34,825 nucleotides of DNA. It comes from Octopus bimaculoides (Eukaryota). Below the pieces are notes generated by a model, which worked only from the letters and a program-made list of their open reading frames with translations, did no database searches and was not told where the DNA came from. Positions within the stretch are counted from its first letter, which is position 1. Each line of letters opens with the position of its first letter. A program made the translations under genes and the position numbers. Shown here in pieces: positions 32,900 to 34,825 of the stretch. Location: the NCBI RefSeq assembly GCF_001194135.2, contig NC_068987.1, positions 48,439,894 to 48,474,718 on the forward strand. Direction: 5' to 3'.

Positions 32900-33352
32900 A
32901 GTGCAGGTATGGCTGTGAGGATAAGGAGTTTGCTTACAATTGCTTGGATTTTAGGTTCAGTTCCACTCTGGGCAAGTGTCTTCTGCTATAGCCTTGGATA
33001 GACTAAAGCTTTGCAAATGGATTTGGTAGATGGAAACTGAAAGAAACCCATCATATATACATATACATATATATGATGCATCTATCATGCAATGTCAAGA
33101 CAAGGAGAGAGAGACACACATACACAAATATCTCTCTCCTTGTCTTGACATTGAATGATGATAGCTGCATCACCATCATGTCAGTGGTGTATTTCATTTC
33201 TAATCTTCCAGGAAATGCATGTCCTGCCATGGACAAATATTACTTTACTTAGGGTTGACAACAGGAAGGGCATTCAACCATACCAAAATTTGCTTCAATG
33301 AATTTCATCTGAGCTATGCAAGCATGAAAAAGTGGTTGTTAAAATGATGATG
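32900..33352 (+). mobile_element. SINE family A, near full length
   Basis: gcaggtatggctgtgagg...ggcaagtgtcttctgctatagcc...gcaagcatgaaaaagtggttgttaaaatgatgatg. Confidence 0.8.
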
Positions 33353-33659
33353 TTTTCATACATTAACAATTCAAGTACAATGTCATCCTTACTTTGTATT
33401 ATATTAACATCAATGTATATCACTTTCATACAAAACCAGGTAGTTAGGTAGCAACACTTAATTTACCACAGTAAAAGATTAACAACAATCATAACAATTA
33501 AGTGAGGGCAACAGCTATGCTACTTTTACTAAATGAAACTGAGCAACAAGATAGTAAGCATACTTAATCAGCCTACTATATGCTGAGAATGTTACAATCA
33601 GATGTCAGACAATTAGCATTTGTTGGCAATATTTGGTTCTTTAATCTTGCAAATGACAA

Positions 33660-33835
33660 CCTAGTGCACTCTAAAATGGTTGGCATTAGGAAGAGTGTCC
33701 AGCTGTGGAAACTATACCAAAAAAATGAGACACTGGAGTAAGACATAGCCCTCTGATCTGTTGGATCCTATCTGACTGCTCAACTCATGCCAGCATGAAA
33801 AGTGGACATAAAAATGATACCGATGATGATGATAA
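33660..33835 (+). mobile_element. RTE-type 3' terminal fragment
   Basis: atggttggcattaggaagagtgtccagctg...catgccagcatgaaaagtggac...gatgatgatg. Confidence 0.65.
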
Positions 33836-34194
33836 GACTTTCACATTGATTTTCAACAGTTTAACCAATTTTGATAACGTTTAACAATATACAGTTTAGT
33901 TACTTCCCAGTTAATTTGTCACAAACTAACACTGAACATTTAATGGACCATATTAGGTGTACACTGTACATGATACATTCTTTTCCAATCAACGGGAGTT
34001 GTTTGATTTTGCCACCAATGTTTCACTAAATATAAGTATCACAATTTTTACATATACTTTCAAGTGCCTGTCTTTTAGCAGAGTATATTAATATTATTCT
34101 CTATTTTAGGAAAGAATAACTCATTATATACAACATCAATTCATATAATGTCTATCACTCATCTCTAACTTTAGACCATTAATGTAAAATTTTG

Positions 34195-34345
34195 GGGGAG
34201 GGTCCAGTGAATTACATCAACCCCAGTGTTCAACTAGTACTCATTTTATCAACCCCGAAAGGATGAAAGGCAAAGTTGACCCCAGAACACAGAGATGGAC
34301 GAAATGCTGCAATGCATTTCACCCAGTATGTTAACAATTTTGCCA
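34195..34345 (-). mobile_element. SINE family B
   Basis: tacatcaaccccagtg...ttatcaaccccgaaaggatgaaaggcaaagttgacc...gatggacgaaatgc...tgccagctc. Confidence 0.78.
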
Positions 34346-34761
34346 GCTCATTGCCTTAATGATAATTATTATTATTATTATACCTAACATAAAATTTGAG
34401 GTAGTGAATATAGTCAAGTGAATTGCTCATTAGTTGACTGCTACCTATTTTATTTATTGACTTTCTTCTTCATAAAATAAAGTTCTTATTTATTTTCTTG
34501 TTTCTCAGATCTTGCTAGATGCAGATCTCTTAGTTTAATAAAGACATGCCAACCAGCTTTAATTAATGTACATTAAAAGTAATTTGCTACAAAGAAAATA
34601 GTCAAATCTTCAACATCATCTTTTTAAGCATAGTTTTCCATATTGTTTTGAGTTAGATCAGATTTCAAAACTGTATGATTGGATATATATCCAATTATAC
34701 TGGCAATTTCTAATTTGCTACCTGTTTCAATGTCACACAACTAACATGAAATCTTCCTTTT

Positions 34762-34764
<3 letters not shown>

Positions 34765-34825
<61 letters not shown>
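34765..34825. repeat. Compound (TG)n(TC)n microsatellite
   Basis: Seen directly; runs to the window edge. Confidence 0.95.

Overview
AT-rich (animal) genomic DNA, dense in repeats. The SINE, RTE and MITE families look like those of an octopus, but that assignment is recognition from memory and was not database-checked. The left 18.7 kb holds the 5' part of flightless-I (FLII) on the minus strand. I assembled nine GT-AG exons by hand that join in phase into 285 uninterrupted codons of the N-terminal LRR domain; the gene continues beyond position 1. A compact promoter motif cluster sits at the start codon. At 20291-20495 (+) there is a single exon homologous to BRAP/IMP (BRAP2 domain), carrying an in-frame 42-nt insertion, with no other BRAP exon found in the window. 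The rest is transposon debris: several tRNA-derived SINE families, RTE LINEs, a CR1-like 3' end, a HERO/R4-like restriction-endonuclease retroelement remnant, mariner and DD37D (maT) fossils, TTAA-specific MITEs and microsatellites, plus two N gaps. Most notable: (1) a head-to-head palindromic tRNA-headed element whose two arms together reconstruct a minimal hammerhead ribozyme; (2) the orphan BRAP exon behind a CCAAT/TATA, LTR-like segment; (3) several independent local fold-back or template-switch rearrangements. All alignments were done by eye, and repeat boundaries are approximate unless a TSD or TIR is quoted.
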